Shown piece by piece: positions 9,087-19,200 of a DNA stretch of 41,537 nucleotides. The DNA comes from a virus (taxonomy: Duplodnaviria; Caudoviricetes): the IMG/VR virus record IMGVR_UViG_3300037104_000552, positions 1 to 41,537 of that record. One strand, given 5' to 3'. The translations under genes were made by a program, and so were the position numbers. Within the stretch, counting starts at the first letter, position 1. The number at the start of each line of letters is the position of its first letter. The notes under the pieces are model-generated. The model saw nothing but the letters and a program-made list of their open reading frames with translations, made no database searches and was not told where the DNA came from.

Positions 9087-9574
9087 TCTTAAACGACTTT
9101 AGCCAAGCCGTGCGGGAACGCATCCTCTACAATGCAGTCGCACTCGGGGAACTCAAAGATGTCCTTGACCGGGACGAGGAACCGGAAGTGCTGGCGAAGA
9201 ACTCCGCGCTGTTACCGGTCGCCTGCGTGATTCCAATCGGAGAAGGCCAGATGTCCTCACAGGAATATATCGGCAGTTCCGATCAGGAAAATACATGGCA
9301 GCAGCATGTCGTAATCTGGGGGCGGTTCAGCAAGGACAACAAGTCGCCGTATTCGGACATCGCCATCATGCGAGCCTATGGGGAAACCCTCAAGAATCTA
9401 TTCAAACAGAACGTCCCTTTCAGCCTTACTATTCCCTCCGAGCAGCAGACCGGACGGGTATTCAACGGGTGCGTGGTGACGAAATGGACTTTAAAATATA
9501 CCCCACGTCAGCAATTCGATTTCCTCCTTGACCGGATCCTGCTCACGATGACCGTAAAAGGCGTGGAACCGTAA
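9083..9574 (+). CDS. Putative tail terminator protein
   Basis: Size 163 aa, LPVACVIP strand, C-terminal alternating beta pattern, expected synteny. Confidence 0.55.
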   Translation: MILNDFSQAVRERILYNAVALGELKDVLDRDEEPEVLAKNSALLPVACVIPIGEGQMSSQEYIGSSDQENTWQQHVVIWGRFSKDNKSPYSDIAIMRAYGETLKNLFKQNVPFSLTIPSEQQTGRVFNGCVVTKWTLKYTPRQQFDFLLDRILLTMTVKGVEP

Positions 9575-9640
9575 ACAATCCTACTTTCTAAAAAACAAGA
9601 AAACTTTATCTTCATCCTATTTTCATTCATACATTAGGAG
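9572..9640 (+). promoter_or_regulatory. Conserved intergenic terminator/promoter element, copy A
   Basis: taaacaatcctactttct...aaactttat...attcatac, similar to 13612-13685 and 39325-39362. Confidence 0.65.
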
Positions 9641-9646
9641 TACTCC

Positions 9647-11656
9647 ATGACACAAACCCCTATGTATCAGGGACAGGCGGATAGCCCTGATTATATTGTC
9701 GCGTCGCCCGGGATCGGTTCTGGTGATACGACAATCCCGTTCAACAGTCTTTCCGGGATCCTGGCCGGCCCCGGGCTCATCACCTTAAGATTGAGCGATG
9801 CCGATACCACCCCGGAAACCATCTATTATCCTTCAAATGCAGTTCAGGGCAGCTCTCTTGTAGGTGTCACGCGAGGGTTTGGAGGGACGACCGCGAAGGC
9901 GTTCCCGGCGGGATCGCTCGGGTGCCGGGCGCATACCGCGTATGACCAGAACACCTTTATCCTGAACATTAATGATCTGGTTTCTTCGCTGGCCGGCAAA
10001 CAGGCCACTCTTACCAACCCCGTAATCGGGCTGACCGCTTCGTTCATCTCCGGAGACGTGATCACAGGTACCGGGACGGGGAATACGGTGCAGGATTCAG
10101 GCGTCCTGCTCTCAAACCTTGTCCTGACTTCAGATTCAAGAATGACAAACGCGCGTACCCCGACAGCGCATGAATCCACGCATATTACGGGAGGTTCTGA
10201 TGTTATCCCCGTGGCGACTTCAACTTCAACGGGTCTCCTGCCAATCCTTGCCAATACCGGCACGAAATATCTCCGCGATGATGGAACGTGGCAGACTGCC
10301 GGAGGAGGGAGCGGAACGGTTACATCGGTCGCGTCCGGTAACGGCATGAACTTTATTACGATCACCGGATCGGGGACCGTGACGATGGGGACACCCAGCT
10401 CGATTACTGCATCATCGACAAACAGTACCTCGGCTACCTCTCATACTCATGCAATCGATTCAACCATTTTCACAGCGTCGAATGGGAAGTCAGTGACAAC
10501 CCCCATAATTGACGGAACGGCCGTTATCGGGTCTACAAACACATGGGCGGATGGCGCACACGTTCACCCGACCGATACGAGCCGTCTTTCTGCGACATCC
10601 AGCGGCAGCGGGTATCTCTGGATCGGGACTTCCGGGAACGGGTTCTCCAACGCGCAGCTCACGCAGGGTACCGGTATAACGATCACCAATGCTTCCGGTA
10701 GTATCACGGTTGCGAACCCATGGGGGGCAGCCCCCGGTTCTCCCGCACAGGGAATGATCCTCTACTACAACGGGTCTGGATGGGTTGGTCTGGCAGCCGG
10801 TACCAGCGGATATGTCTTGCAGACACAGGGAGCCGGCGCAAATCCCCAATGGGTTGCCGGGGGCTCGTCAGGTACTGTAACTTCCGTGGCGGCCGGTAAC
10901 GGTATGAACTTCACAACCATTACCGGCACCGGATCGGTAACGATGGGTACTCCGGGATCTATCACATCATCCTCAACCAACGCCACGACAACGAACTCCC
11001 ACACTCACGCGATTGACAGCACGATATTCACGGCATCGAACGGGAAATCTTCAACCACTCCGGTTATTGATGGGACGGCAACCATAGGGACAACGAATAC
11101 CTGGGCTGATGGGGGGCATATCCATCCAACGGACACCTCCCGGGCCCCGAACCCATTCCATGACTATGAAGTTGTCATGGCGCAGCGGTGGACGGTTTAC
11201 ACCCCTAAAAGCATGGGCGGTACCGACGCCGAATTTATCACAGAAGTTCTCTCTACGAGTGGTATCGAGCGTACCTATCTCGGATACACGAATGGGATCA
11301 CGCAACATGCATACCTCGAAATCGAGATGCCTGACGACTGGGATGGGGGGAACGTTGATTTTCGGTTCAACTGGGAGACCACAAGCGCATCCGCTAATAC
11401 CTGTATCATGCAACTATGGGGCCTCCGGACGGCAACCGGAGGAACATCAGACGCGGCGCTCACTCAACTGGCATCGGTGACCAGTACCAATGCGGGAGCC
11501 GGCCTGCGGAATGTCAGTTCATTCTCTTCGAATTTTACGATATCCGGCAGCGGGAATCATCTTTCCCTGATGTTTACCCGGTCAACTGGTGATACCCTCG
11601 CGGCGGCGGTAAAAATTCTTTCTGTAACTCTTAAGTATATAAGGACGGTGGCATGA
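9647..11656 (+). CDS. Tail fibre / receptor-binding protein with an internal duplication and HxH motifs
   Basis: G/S/T-rich. Fibre motifs DSRMTNARTPTAH, KYLRDDGTW, SHTHAI and HVHPTDTSR. Globular C-terminus MPDDWDGG. Confidence 0.8.
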   Translation: MTQTPMYQGQADSPDYIVASPGIGSGDTTIPFNSLSGILAGPGLITLRLSDADTTPETIYYPSNAVQGSSLVGVTRGFGGTTAKAFPAGSLGCRAHTAYDQNTFILNINDLVSSLAGKQATLTNPVIGLTASFISGDVITGTGTGNTVQDSGVLLSNLVLTSDSRMTNARTPTAHESTHITGGSDVIPVATSTSTGLLPILANTGTKYLRDDGTWQTAGGGSGTVTSVASGNGMNFITITGSGTVTMGTPSSITASSTNSTSATSHTHAIDSTIFTASNGKSVTTPIIDGTAVIGSTNTWADGAHVHPTDTSRLSATSSGSGYLWIGTSGNGFSNAQLTQGTGITITNASGSITVANPWGAAPGSPAQGMILYYNGSGWVGLAAGTSGYVLQTQGAGANPQWVAGGSSGTVTSVAAGNGMNFTTITGTGSVTMGTPGSITSSSTNATTTNSHTHAIDSTIFTASNGKSSTTPVIDGTATIGTTNTWADGGHIHPTDTSRAPNPFHDYEVVMAQRWTVYTPKSMGGTDAEFITEVLSTSGIERTYLGYTNGITQHAYLEIEMPDDWDGGNVDFRFNWETTSASANTCIMQLWGLRTATGGTSDAALTQLASVTSTNAGAGLRNVSSFSSNFTISGSGNHLSLMFTRSTGDTLAAAVKILSVTLKYIRTVA

Positions 11657-11727
11657 TGAATGTGAGTGGAAGTAAAACCGGGTATAGCAATTCTACTATA
11701 GCGCAGGTTGTGGCGGTGGGGGTTTAG

Positions 11728-13185
11728 ATGAAGAAGATAATCCTCATCACATTTTTATGCTTGTGCCTGCTGGTTGGATCGGTATCGGCAGCCGGGACGT
11801 ATGCTTATGTTGCCAACAACGTCGATAACAGCGTCTCAGTAATCAACACTTCGACGAATACAGTTTCAGCTACTGTAACGGTAGGGTCTAGCCCCCAAGG
11901 TGTCGCAATAAACCCAGCCGGGACATATGCTTATGTTGCCAACACCGGGGGTAACAGCGTCTCAGTAATCAACACTTCGACGAATACAGTTTCAACTACT
12001 GTGACGGTAGGAAGTAGTCCGATAGGTGTCGCAATAAACCCAGCCGGGACGTATGCTTATGCTACCAACTACGGGGGTAACAGCGTCTCAGTAATCAACA
12101 CTTCGACCAACACGGTTTCGGCTACTGTGACGGTAGGAAGTAGTCCGGTGGGTGTCGCAATAAACCCGATGGGGACATATGCTTATGTTGCCAACAACGG
12201 GGGTAGCAGCGTCTCAGTAATCAACACTTCGACCAACACGGTTACAGCTACTGTAACAGTAGGGTCTTACTCCCAAGGTGTCGCAATAAACCCAGCCGGG
12301 ACGTATGCTTATGTTGCCAACAACGGGGGTAGCAGCGTCTCAGTAATCAACACTTCGACCAACACGGTTTCGGCTACTGTAACGGTAGGAAGTGGTCCGG
12401 TGGGTGTCGCAATAAACCCAGCCGGGACGTATGCTTATGCTACCAACCACGGGGGTAACAGCGTCTCGGTAATCAACACCTCGACGAATACAGTTTCAAC
12501 TACTGTAACAGTAGGGTCTAGCCCGTATGGTGTCGCAATAAACCCAGCCGGGACGTATGCTTATGTTGCCAACAACGGGGGTAGCAGCGTCTCGGTAATC
12601 AACACTTCGACCAACACGGTTACAGCTACTGTGACGGTGGGAAGTGGTCCGTATGGTGTCGCAATTACTCTCACGAATCCCCCAGTATCAAGTTTTACCG
12701 TAAACCAAACAGCTGGGATCTCTCCACTTACGGTACAGTTCAACGATACTTCTGCTAATTTCCCAACATCATGGAACTGGTCATATCAGGGAATTGCAGC
12801 GGGGAATAATACGCAGATGTGGTTTTCTACTTTACAAAACGCAACTGCCAGTTTTACAACTGGAAATTACACTATAGCCCTGAACGCTTCAAATTCTTTT
12901 GGATATAATATTTCCACACAAACTACGTGGATAAATGTTACAGGACGTCCGATTGCGATCTCCTCCTTAAGTCGGAATACCATTCAAGCCGGTGGGCATA
13001 CGTGGTTCAACGACACATCGCAGAATGTGCCGACGGCGTGGTGTTGGACTTTTGGAGATGGGGCGTATGCCGGTGTTGCCAACGGATCGCACACTTATGT
13101 CCTACGTGGGATCTACAATGTTTCGTCGAACGTGAGCAACTCGGCGGGATATAACATCAGTTATAACATTGAACGGGTGATTTGA
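11728..13185 (+). CDS. Secreted YVTN 7-bladed beta-propeller plus two PKD domains (methanogen surface-protein type)
   Basis: Signal peptide MKKIILITFLCLCLLVGSVSA. Seven 42-aa GTYAYVAN...VSVINT...VGSSPxGVAINP repeats. PKD motifs PLTVQFNDTS and WCWTFGDG. Confidence 0.92.
   Translation: MKKIILITFLCLCLLVGSVSAAGTYAYVANNVDNSVSVINTSTNTVSATVTVGSSPQGVAINPAGTYAYVANTGGNSVSVINTSTNTVSTTVTVGSSPIGVAINPAGTYAYATNYGGNSVSVINTSTNTVSATVTVGSSPVGVAINPMGTYAYVANNGGSSVSVINTSTNTVTATVTVGSYSQGVAINPAGTYAYVANNGGSSVSVINTSTNTVSATVTVGSGPVGVAINPAGTYAYATNHGGNSVSVINTSTNTVSTTVTVGSSPYGVAINPAGTYAYVANNGGSSVSVINTSTNTVTATVTVGSGPYGVAITLTNPPVSSFTVNQTAGISPLTVQFNDTSANFPTSWNWSYQGIAAGNNTQMWFSTLQNATASFTTGNYTIALNASNSFGYNISTQTTWINVTGRPIAISSLSRNTIQAGGHTWFNDTSQNVPTAWCWTFGDGAYAGVANGSHTYVLRGIYNVSSNVSNSAGYNISYNIERVI
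11791..12666 (+). repeat. 126-bp tandem repeat x7 (propeller blades)
   Basis: Near-identical units, e.g. gtctcagtaatcaacacttcgac recurring every 126 bp. Confidence 0.95.
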
Positions 13186-13186
13186 G

Positions 13187-13318
13187 ATGTTCGACCGTAA
13201 ATCCCAGTATGACCGGAGCCGGTTCGACCGGACCTTCACGACCGTTCCGCCAGTCGCCCGGGTACCCGGTCTGTTCAGTATCGCTACAAGGACAGGGAAC
13301 TTTGTGATTCAATCATGA
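13187..13318 (+). CDS. 43-aa protein, not in the ORF track
   Basis: GGTGA RBS. MFDRKSQYDRSRFDRTF..., with ATGA overlap into the next gene. Confidence 0.6.
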   Translation: MFDRKSQYDRSRFDRTFTTVPPVARVPGLFSIATRTGNFVIQS

Positions 13319-13614
13319 CAGCAGCAATTTACCAGTGCGGGGATACGATTCAGGTAACTGAATCATTCTATTCTTTTACCGGCCAGCTTGCGAACCTTTC
13401 AGCCGCGCCAACCGTAACGCTCTATGCAGCGGATAAAACCACGGTAATCAGTACCGGGACCGCAACAAACACCACCACGGGCACGTATCAGTATCAACTG
13501 ACTTTACCGAGCGTCGAGGGGATATATTACCTTGCATTTACCGGGACGGCCACGGATACGTCAACGGTGGCGCACCGGGAAGCGATCTACGTCAAGTTCT
13601 CTGCGTCCACCTAA
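13315..13614 (+). CDS. Small Ig-like virion protein (BppU N-terminal-like)
   Basis: YQCGDTIQV...TGTYQYQLTLP..GIYYL pattern of small phage Ig/baseplate domains. Confidence 0.6.
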   Translation: MTAAIYQCGDTIQVTESFYSFTGQLANLSAAPTVTLYAADKTTVISTGTATNTTTGTYQYQLTLPSVEGIYYLAFTGTATDTSTVAHREAIYVKFSAST

Positions 13615-13685
13615 AACAAATCCACTTTCTTTTTCTAAAGTAAACTTTATTACACGCGTGTCTCTATTCATACTTAAATAAGGTG
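13612..13685 (+). promoter_or_regulatory. Conserved intergenic terminator/promoter element, copy B
   Basis: taaaacaaatccactttctttttctaaagtaaactttat...attcatac, followed by an AGGTGA RBS. Confidence 0.65.
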
Positions 13686-13689
13686 AATT

Positions 13690-14163
13690 ATGACCGCAGC
13701 CGCAGACTGTTATTTTGGAGATCTTTGTGTTATTCAGGTCACGCCCCCGGGCGGATCTGCAACACCGATCGCTATGGGTCAGGATCTCGAACTGACCATG
13801 AAAAGCACCGAGACGTACGCCCGGGGGATGGGTAGCGAATTCATCCAGAACCGGGCGAAGTATGGGATCCAGGTTGACGTGAAACTCTCGTTCATCAAGT
13901 TCCTACCGGCCGTTTCCTCATGGTTCCCGTATTACATTATGAACCCGACCGGAGGAGACGGGACGCTTACGGATACCTGCCGGTGTGCCCTGTTCACAAT
14001 CTCGGGGGAGATCTACCCGATGACCGCGACAAACACCAATATGCTCCGGACAGTCTCCAACGCGTCTTTCCCGGAGTTCCCGCTGAAGGTCACATATAAC
14101 CAGTGGGTGAAGGTTGAACTTTCCGGTGTCGGCCAGACCCTTGTCGATACCAATCCGGTGTGA
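13690..14163 (+). CDS. Major tail tube protein (putative)
   Basis: 157-aa beta-rich protein upstream of the chaperone and tape-measure genes, with a strong RBS. Confidence 0.7.
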   Translation: MTAAADCYFGDLCVIQVTPPGGSATPIAMGQDLELTMKSTETYARGMGSEFIQNRAKYGIQVDVKLSFIKFLPAVSSWFPYYIMNPTGGDGTLTDTCRCALFTISGEIYPMTATNTNMLRTVSNASFPEFPLKVTYNQWVKVELSGVGQTLVDTNPV

Positions 14164-14169
14164 TCTTCC

Positions 14170-14610
14170 ATGACCGACCCCCTTGACAATATCAAGAAGA
14201 TGATCGATGCCGAACGGGCAGCGCTCGCTCCCGAGAAGGTTGCCGCTCTTGAAGAGACGGAAGCCATGAAGGCCATGATGGCAATCCCAGAGAAGGCGGA
14301 CGAGACCATCTACGAGTATGGGACACTCAAGATCAAACATCACCGGTTCCTGACCAAGCGCCTGCGCCTGATGCTCGGACAGACGCAGTCCACGATCCAG
14401 TCATCAAAAGACCCGCTCTCGGAAGGGGATACTCAAGTCTACGCGATCCTTGCGGAAGCCTGCACGGAAACACCGTTCTCGGATCCCCTGTTCTGGAAAC
14501 TCACAGATCTGAAGTTCAACGATAGCCGTGTCTATGAGATTATGTTTGGTCTCATGGTTGCGATGGGCGGTGATGAGTCTACCCTGAAAGGCTTTCGCCG
14601 AAAGTCTTGA
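14170..14610 (+). CDS. Tail assembly chaperone (G-like)
   Basis: Lies between tube and tape measure. Ends KGFRRKS over a TTT-CGC site. Confidence 0.75.
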   Translation: MTDPLDNIKKMIDAERAALAPEKVAALEETEAMKAMMAIPEKADETIYEYGTLKIKHHRFLTKRLRLMLGQTQSTIQSSKDPLSEGDTQVYAILAEACTETPFSDPLFWKLTDLKFNDSRVYEIMFGLMVAMGGDESTLKGFRRKS

Positions 14611-14743
14611 GGGACAATATCTTTTGGAGAAATGCGGAGTGCTCGGGAAAACCCCGTCCGAAGTCCTCCAATTACCGGAGATTGAGAACCGGTTCCTCGA
14701 CTATGCAATCAATGAGAAGTACCGGGACAAAAGCAAGAAATAG
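14594..14743 (+). CDS. Frameshift extension of the tail chaperone (T-like, +1 frame)
   Basis: ATG-less 49-aa frame FAESLEGQYLLEKCGVLGKTPSEVLQLPEIENRFLDYAINE..., filling the gap up to the tape-measure RBS. Confidence 0.7.
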   Translation, partial: FAESLEGQYLLEKCGVLGKTPSEVLQLPEIENRFLDYAINEKYRDKSKK

Positions 14744-14752
14744 GAGTGAATT

Positions 14753-15838
14753 ATGGTAGATCCAATTGAAGTAAAACTGGATGAAGTCGAGGAGCATGTC
14801 CTTAAAACGCAGGCCGATGTCGACCGGCTCATGCGGGACTTCTCGAAGCCGGACAAGGCAAAGGATATCCTCGGAGGGATGCCGGGCGGCGGGGGGGGTA
14901 TGTTCGACCAGATTATCAAAGCCATTACCGGCGGAGGTAAAGGGGGGGGCATGATGGGTGCCGGTGTTGCCGGCGGGATGGCAGCGGGGGGTATCATGGC
15001 GCTTGTCGATATCCTCAAAGACGCGGTCAGTAACTCAAAGATCCTCACTACGATTCTCGGTACTATCGGGCAGGCGCTCGGGCTACTCATCGATGTGATC
15101 CTGCTCCCGTTCCTTCCGATTCTCATTACCGGCATAATCTGGCTCTATGAGGGTATCATGATCTTTTACAAGTTCTGGAACGGTATCTGGTCGGGAAAAA
15201 CCTTTCAGAATCTTACTACTGGGATCACGTCTCTTGGAGCGACGCTTGCCAAAGGGCTGCTCGGCACCCTGACGCTTGCTTTCGGTGCGATTACTGGTAC
15301 TGCCGGTGCGATCTGGTCGGTAATTCAATGGCTCTGGGGATTGGTGACTTCAAATTCAGCAGTCAATCTCGCTTTGACTCTTGCGCTCGGGCCGGTCGGT
15401 ATCCTGCTCAACTGGCTTTACACGCTGGTTACCGGAAAGCAGACCCCTACGATCACGCTCATGATGCAGATTGCTGGAGCGGCAGTATCTTTCTTACAAT
15501 GGCTCTGGAACACGATCACGAGCGGAGGGGCGAATCTGGTCATCAATCTTACGTCAGGGGCCAGCAACGCGGTTTCTAGTGCGGTATCTACTGCGGGTAG
15601 CTGGCTGTCCGGACTTGAAAGTGACATCAGCAGCCTTCTTCATTTCGATAATGGCGGTACTGTGCCAGGGTCCGGCCCACAACTCGCGGTTGTCCATGGA
15701 GGAGAGACCGTAACCAAAGCCGGGCAGTCAACGGGCAACATCACGATCAATGCAAACAACTACGTTGGCAGTAAAACCGAACTCATGAAAGTGGTTACGG
15801 ATGCACTCCGTCAGAATCAGTACAGGTACAATGTATGA
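14753..15838 (+). CDS. Tape measure protein (short)
   Basis: Gly/Ala/Leu-rich helices with periodic Trp. C-terminal HFDNGGTVPG...AVVHGGETV motif is typical of TMPs. Confidence 0.85.
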   Translation: MVDPIEVKLDEVEEHVLKTQADVDRLMRDFSKPDKAKDILGGMPGGGGGMFDQIIKAITGGGKGGGMMGAGVAGGMAAGGIMALVDILKDAVSNSKILTTILGTIGQALGLLIDVILLPFLPILITGIIWLYEGIMIFYKFWNGIWSGKTFQNLTTGITSLGATLAKGLLGTLTLAFGAITGTAGAIWSVIQWLWGLVTSNSAVNLALTLALGPVGILLNWLYTLVTGKQTPTITLMMQIAGAAVSFLQWLWNTITSGGANLVINLTSGASNAVSSAVSTAGSWLSGLESDISSLLHFDNGGTVPGSGPQLAVVHGGETVTKAGQSTGNITINANNYVGSKTELMKVVTDALRQNQYRYNV

Positions 15839-16293
15839 CGCTCCTTACCGTGACCCTGACGGACAGTACGGGGGCAGTCACCGCAAATCTCAACAGCGGC
15901 GGCCCACAGGGGGTTTCATGCGGTCTTGATATGCAGGGGAACAATCCTCTGATTATCATCCCTGTCCCGACAGATTCCTCTTCCTCTTCAACCAGCGGGG
16001 GGGCCGAGTCGATTAACCTCAAAATGCTGACACACAACATCATTGTCACGGTGAAGTTATTCGATGCCATAGGCACGTTCAATTTCGCTTCTCCTACGAC
16101 TACATTTGAGAAACTATGGTACATGTTCAAATACGACGGGGGAACAAAGACGCTGGTACTTGGCAGTGCCACGTTCTATGTCGTGATCGCAAACCTCGAT
16201 ACTCCGATTGACAGCGAACAATCCTTCGGAGCCGACGGATATCTTGCCGGTGTTACAGGTACAATGACGCTTACCGTGGTGAACGCGAATTGA
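15835..16293 (+). CDS. Distal tail protein-like
   Basis: ATGA-coupled directly after the TMP, 152-aa beta protein. Confidence 0.55.
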   Translation: MTLLTVTLTDSTGAVTANLNSGGPQGVSCGLDMQGNNPLIIIPVPTDSSSSSTSGGAESINLKMLTHNIIVTVKLFDAIGTFNFASPTTTFEKLWYMFKYDGGTKTLVLGSATFYVVIANLDTPIDSEQSFGADGYLAGVTGTMTLTVVNAN

Positions 16294-19200
16294 CGACAGT
16301 TTACATTAAGGTCGGGACATCTTCGTGGACAGTTCCGACCGGGGTCTCGTTATTAACCAGTGTTACGATAATCGGTGCCGGTGCGCAGGGGTACGGCGGG
16401 GCGACTTCTGTTGCAGAAGGTGGTTCCGGCGGGAACGCAGCGACATCAACTACGGTCAATAACATTTCAGTTACGGCCGGTATGGTGATCCCTTGTTCTG
16501 TTGGGGCATACGGAACGGCAATTTCAAACTACACCTCAAACACATCTGCTCCGTGGTATAACGCAGGAGCCGGCGGGGGCACCACTTCATTCGGATCTTC
16601 TGGAACAGTCGGCCCGTATTCTTCAACCGGGGCGCAAGATCTGTCTGTCGGGTCAATGACTGGTACCGCGCTTGGAGGCAACGGAGCAAGCGGGGGAGTC
16701 ACCGGGGATGGAAGTTCAAACGCGGCAACGGGTGGGGGTTCAGGAGGCTCCGGTGGCTCCGGGTACGGGTCTGGCGGAGGCGGGGCACATGCTGGCACGT
16801 ATAGCGGAGGTCACGCATCGGATGGCATTATTGTCATTACGTACACAGCGGCGGTTACCCCGGTTGCTTCGTTCACCTACACGCCTTCCTCCGGCAACGC
16901 GCCTCTCACAGTGAATTTCACGGATACCTCGACTAATACCCCGACATCGTGGACATGGAATTTCGGAGATGGATATGGCAGCACCTCCCAGAACCCGACG
17001 CATACCTACACGGCAGCCGGTACCTACACAGTATCCCTGACAGCCTCAAACGCAGCTGGCAGCAGTTCCCCGGTAACGAACACGGTAACGGTCACGAGTT
17101 CACCGGTCGCGGCGTTTGTCATGAACCCGGACAATATCGGGCCGGTCCAGGTCGCTACGAACGGCGCGATATATACGCAACAGATAAAATTGTTCGACCA
17201 AAGTACCGTTGTCGGCTCGATTATCAATCAATGGTCATGGACCTGCTCGGCTTCCGGTGCCACATTCTCACCATCGGCTACAGCGCAGAACCCGATCCTG
17301 ACAGTACCGGCAATCGCGTCTCCAGCAACGTTTACCGTCTCGTTACAGGTAGAGACCTCTGCCGGTGTGACTTCATCGACTACGACAAAGACCGTGTACC
17401 AGCAATCGACCCTGATCACAAAACCGCTTGCATCGGACTATTTCAAGACTATCAGCATCTTCCTTTACTCCCCGCCGGTTCCCGCATCGGTACCGAGCGG
17501 GGTTACAACTCCATGCGCGACTGTGCTTAACCGGGTCCGGAGTCCGAACAACAATCTCTTCTTTACGGATTTTCAGTGCGTTGGTTCGATTGACAAAGCC
17601 GGTACTCTGACGTTTACTGCGGTCGATCTCGGGTTCTCGACTGCGGCAGAGAGATACCTGATGACTACTGCCGGGGTCTACGTTGTAGTCATGATCGGGT
17701 ATTCCGTGGTGTGGAGCGGCCAGATTCTCCGAGCGACTAATAGCGTCACGCAGACCTATTCCGGCACGTCTGGATATGCATCGTACTCGGTAGAATGCGA
17801 ATCTGATATCGGTAAGATGAAAACCCAGTACGTCGCGACATCCGCGCAGAAACTCACTACCGGCTCGACCGGTGCAATAGTATCGAGCCTCGTACAGGCA
17901 AATCTCTCGACAGATCCGAACTGGAACGGCGCGGTAGATCCATCTATTATCTCTCGGGAAGGAAACCAGATCTCCTACACGATCACGTCCGGCGACATGT
18001 ACGACCAGTTTATCACACTCGCCAATAATTCCGGTTTCGACTGGCGTACGAGAATGCAGACAGTGATTACCAGTTACAGCACATGGTCGTCACCCACGCT
18101 GACATTCGGGAACGCCATCGGGAATTACGGTGCCGGGAACTACGCGGGGAAATGGGTACTGTTCCCTGTCCCGACCTACAAAGTAGTTACTCTGGCATTC
18201 ATATCCGGCGGCCTGAACAATGGCGGGAATACTATTGTCGCAGGGGATACCGTGCGGGAAACCAGCGGTACGGTTTACGGTGTCGTAATGCAGGTCACTA
18301 CCACATCCGGGACTTGGGCGGCTGGTACCGCAGCGGGTACGATCGTTCTGATGACGACCCAGACATGGACGGCAAGCCAGTATTCCGATGATTTGGTAGC
18401 CGGCGCGAACTCGGCGTATATCACCTCAATTACATCCACAATCACGACTGCCAACCAGACCGGGATACTATCATGGGCGTACTGCTCGAGCAACGCATCG
18501 GCTACCGCGCTGACCCTGACCAGCATCCAGAATCAGGGAATGATCCCTCCGGCATCGTCCCGGGCGGTTGTCCTGATCGGGCCGGTCCTTGATTACGCAT
18601 GGTCTCTGGAACCGCCAATGCCCTGCCTTACGCTGCTTGCCAATGCCGCGTCTGACCCGACCACGTTCCAGGGGCTCGACTTTTCGGACAAATCCGATTA
18701 CAAGAGTCTGGCGACGGTTGTGACTGTCAAAGGAAAAACCATCGTACCCACGCAGGGTACGGGTGTCGGCTCGACCATCACGTCCACGCTCTACGCAAAA
18801 GACCAATGGGACGGTACCTACAACTTCTTCAAGAAATCAACGTATGTCACGCAGCGGATGGATGGATATATCTATTCCTTTACCGGTGGCACTGCAAACG
18901 TTGTTCTTATCGGTCAGGGATATGCCCTTCAGGGAGGAAGCGGGACTTCTGGAGATAGTTTTTATCTATACATCCCCGGGTATCCCGGGAATCCATTAGG
19001 GCCTTATTATATCACTACCGGAGGGGTTTCAACACAGACGCAGGCCGACGGTACCTTGACAACCACGATCACCGCGACTGCCAATATGGGTACAGCAAGT
19101 TACAACGCGACCCGGTACAGCGCGTTTATTACAACAAAATTATATGTCGCAGATCCAGCATGGTTGATTAATACGAGTGCATCAAATGTGGGAATCAATG

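Noticed and set aside
11791-12666. CRISPR array or DGR template/variable repeats
   Set aside because: Units are in-frame coding repeats without unique spacers, variation is not adenine-specific, and no reverse transcriptase or cas gene is present. The same applies to the 18-bp array.
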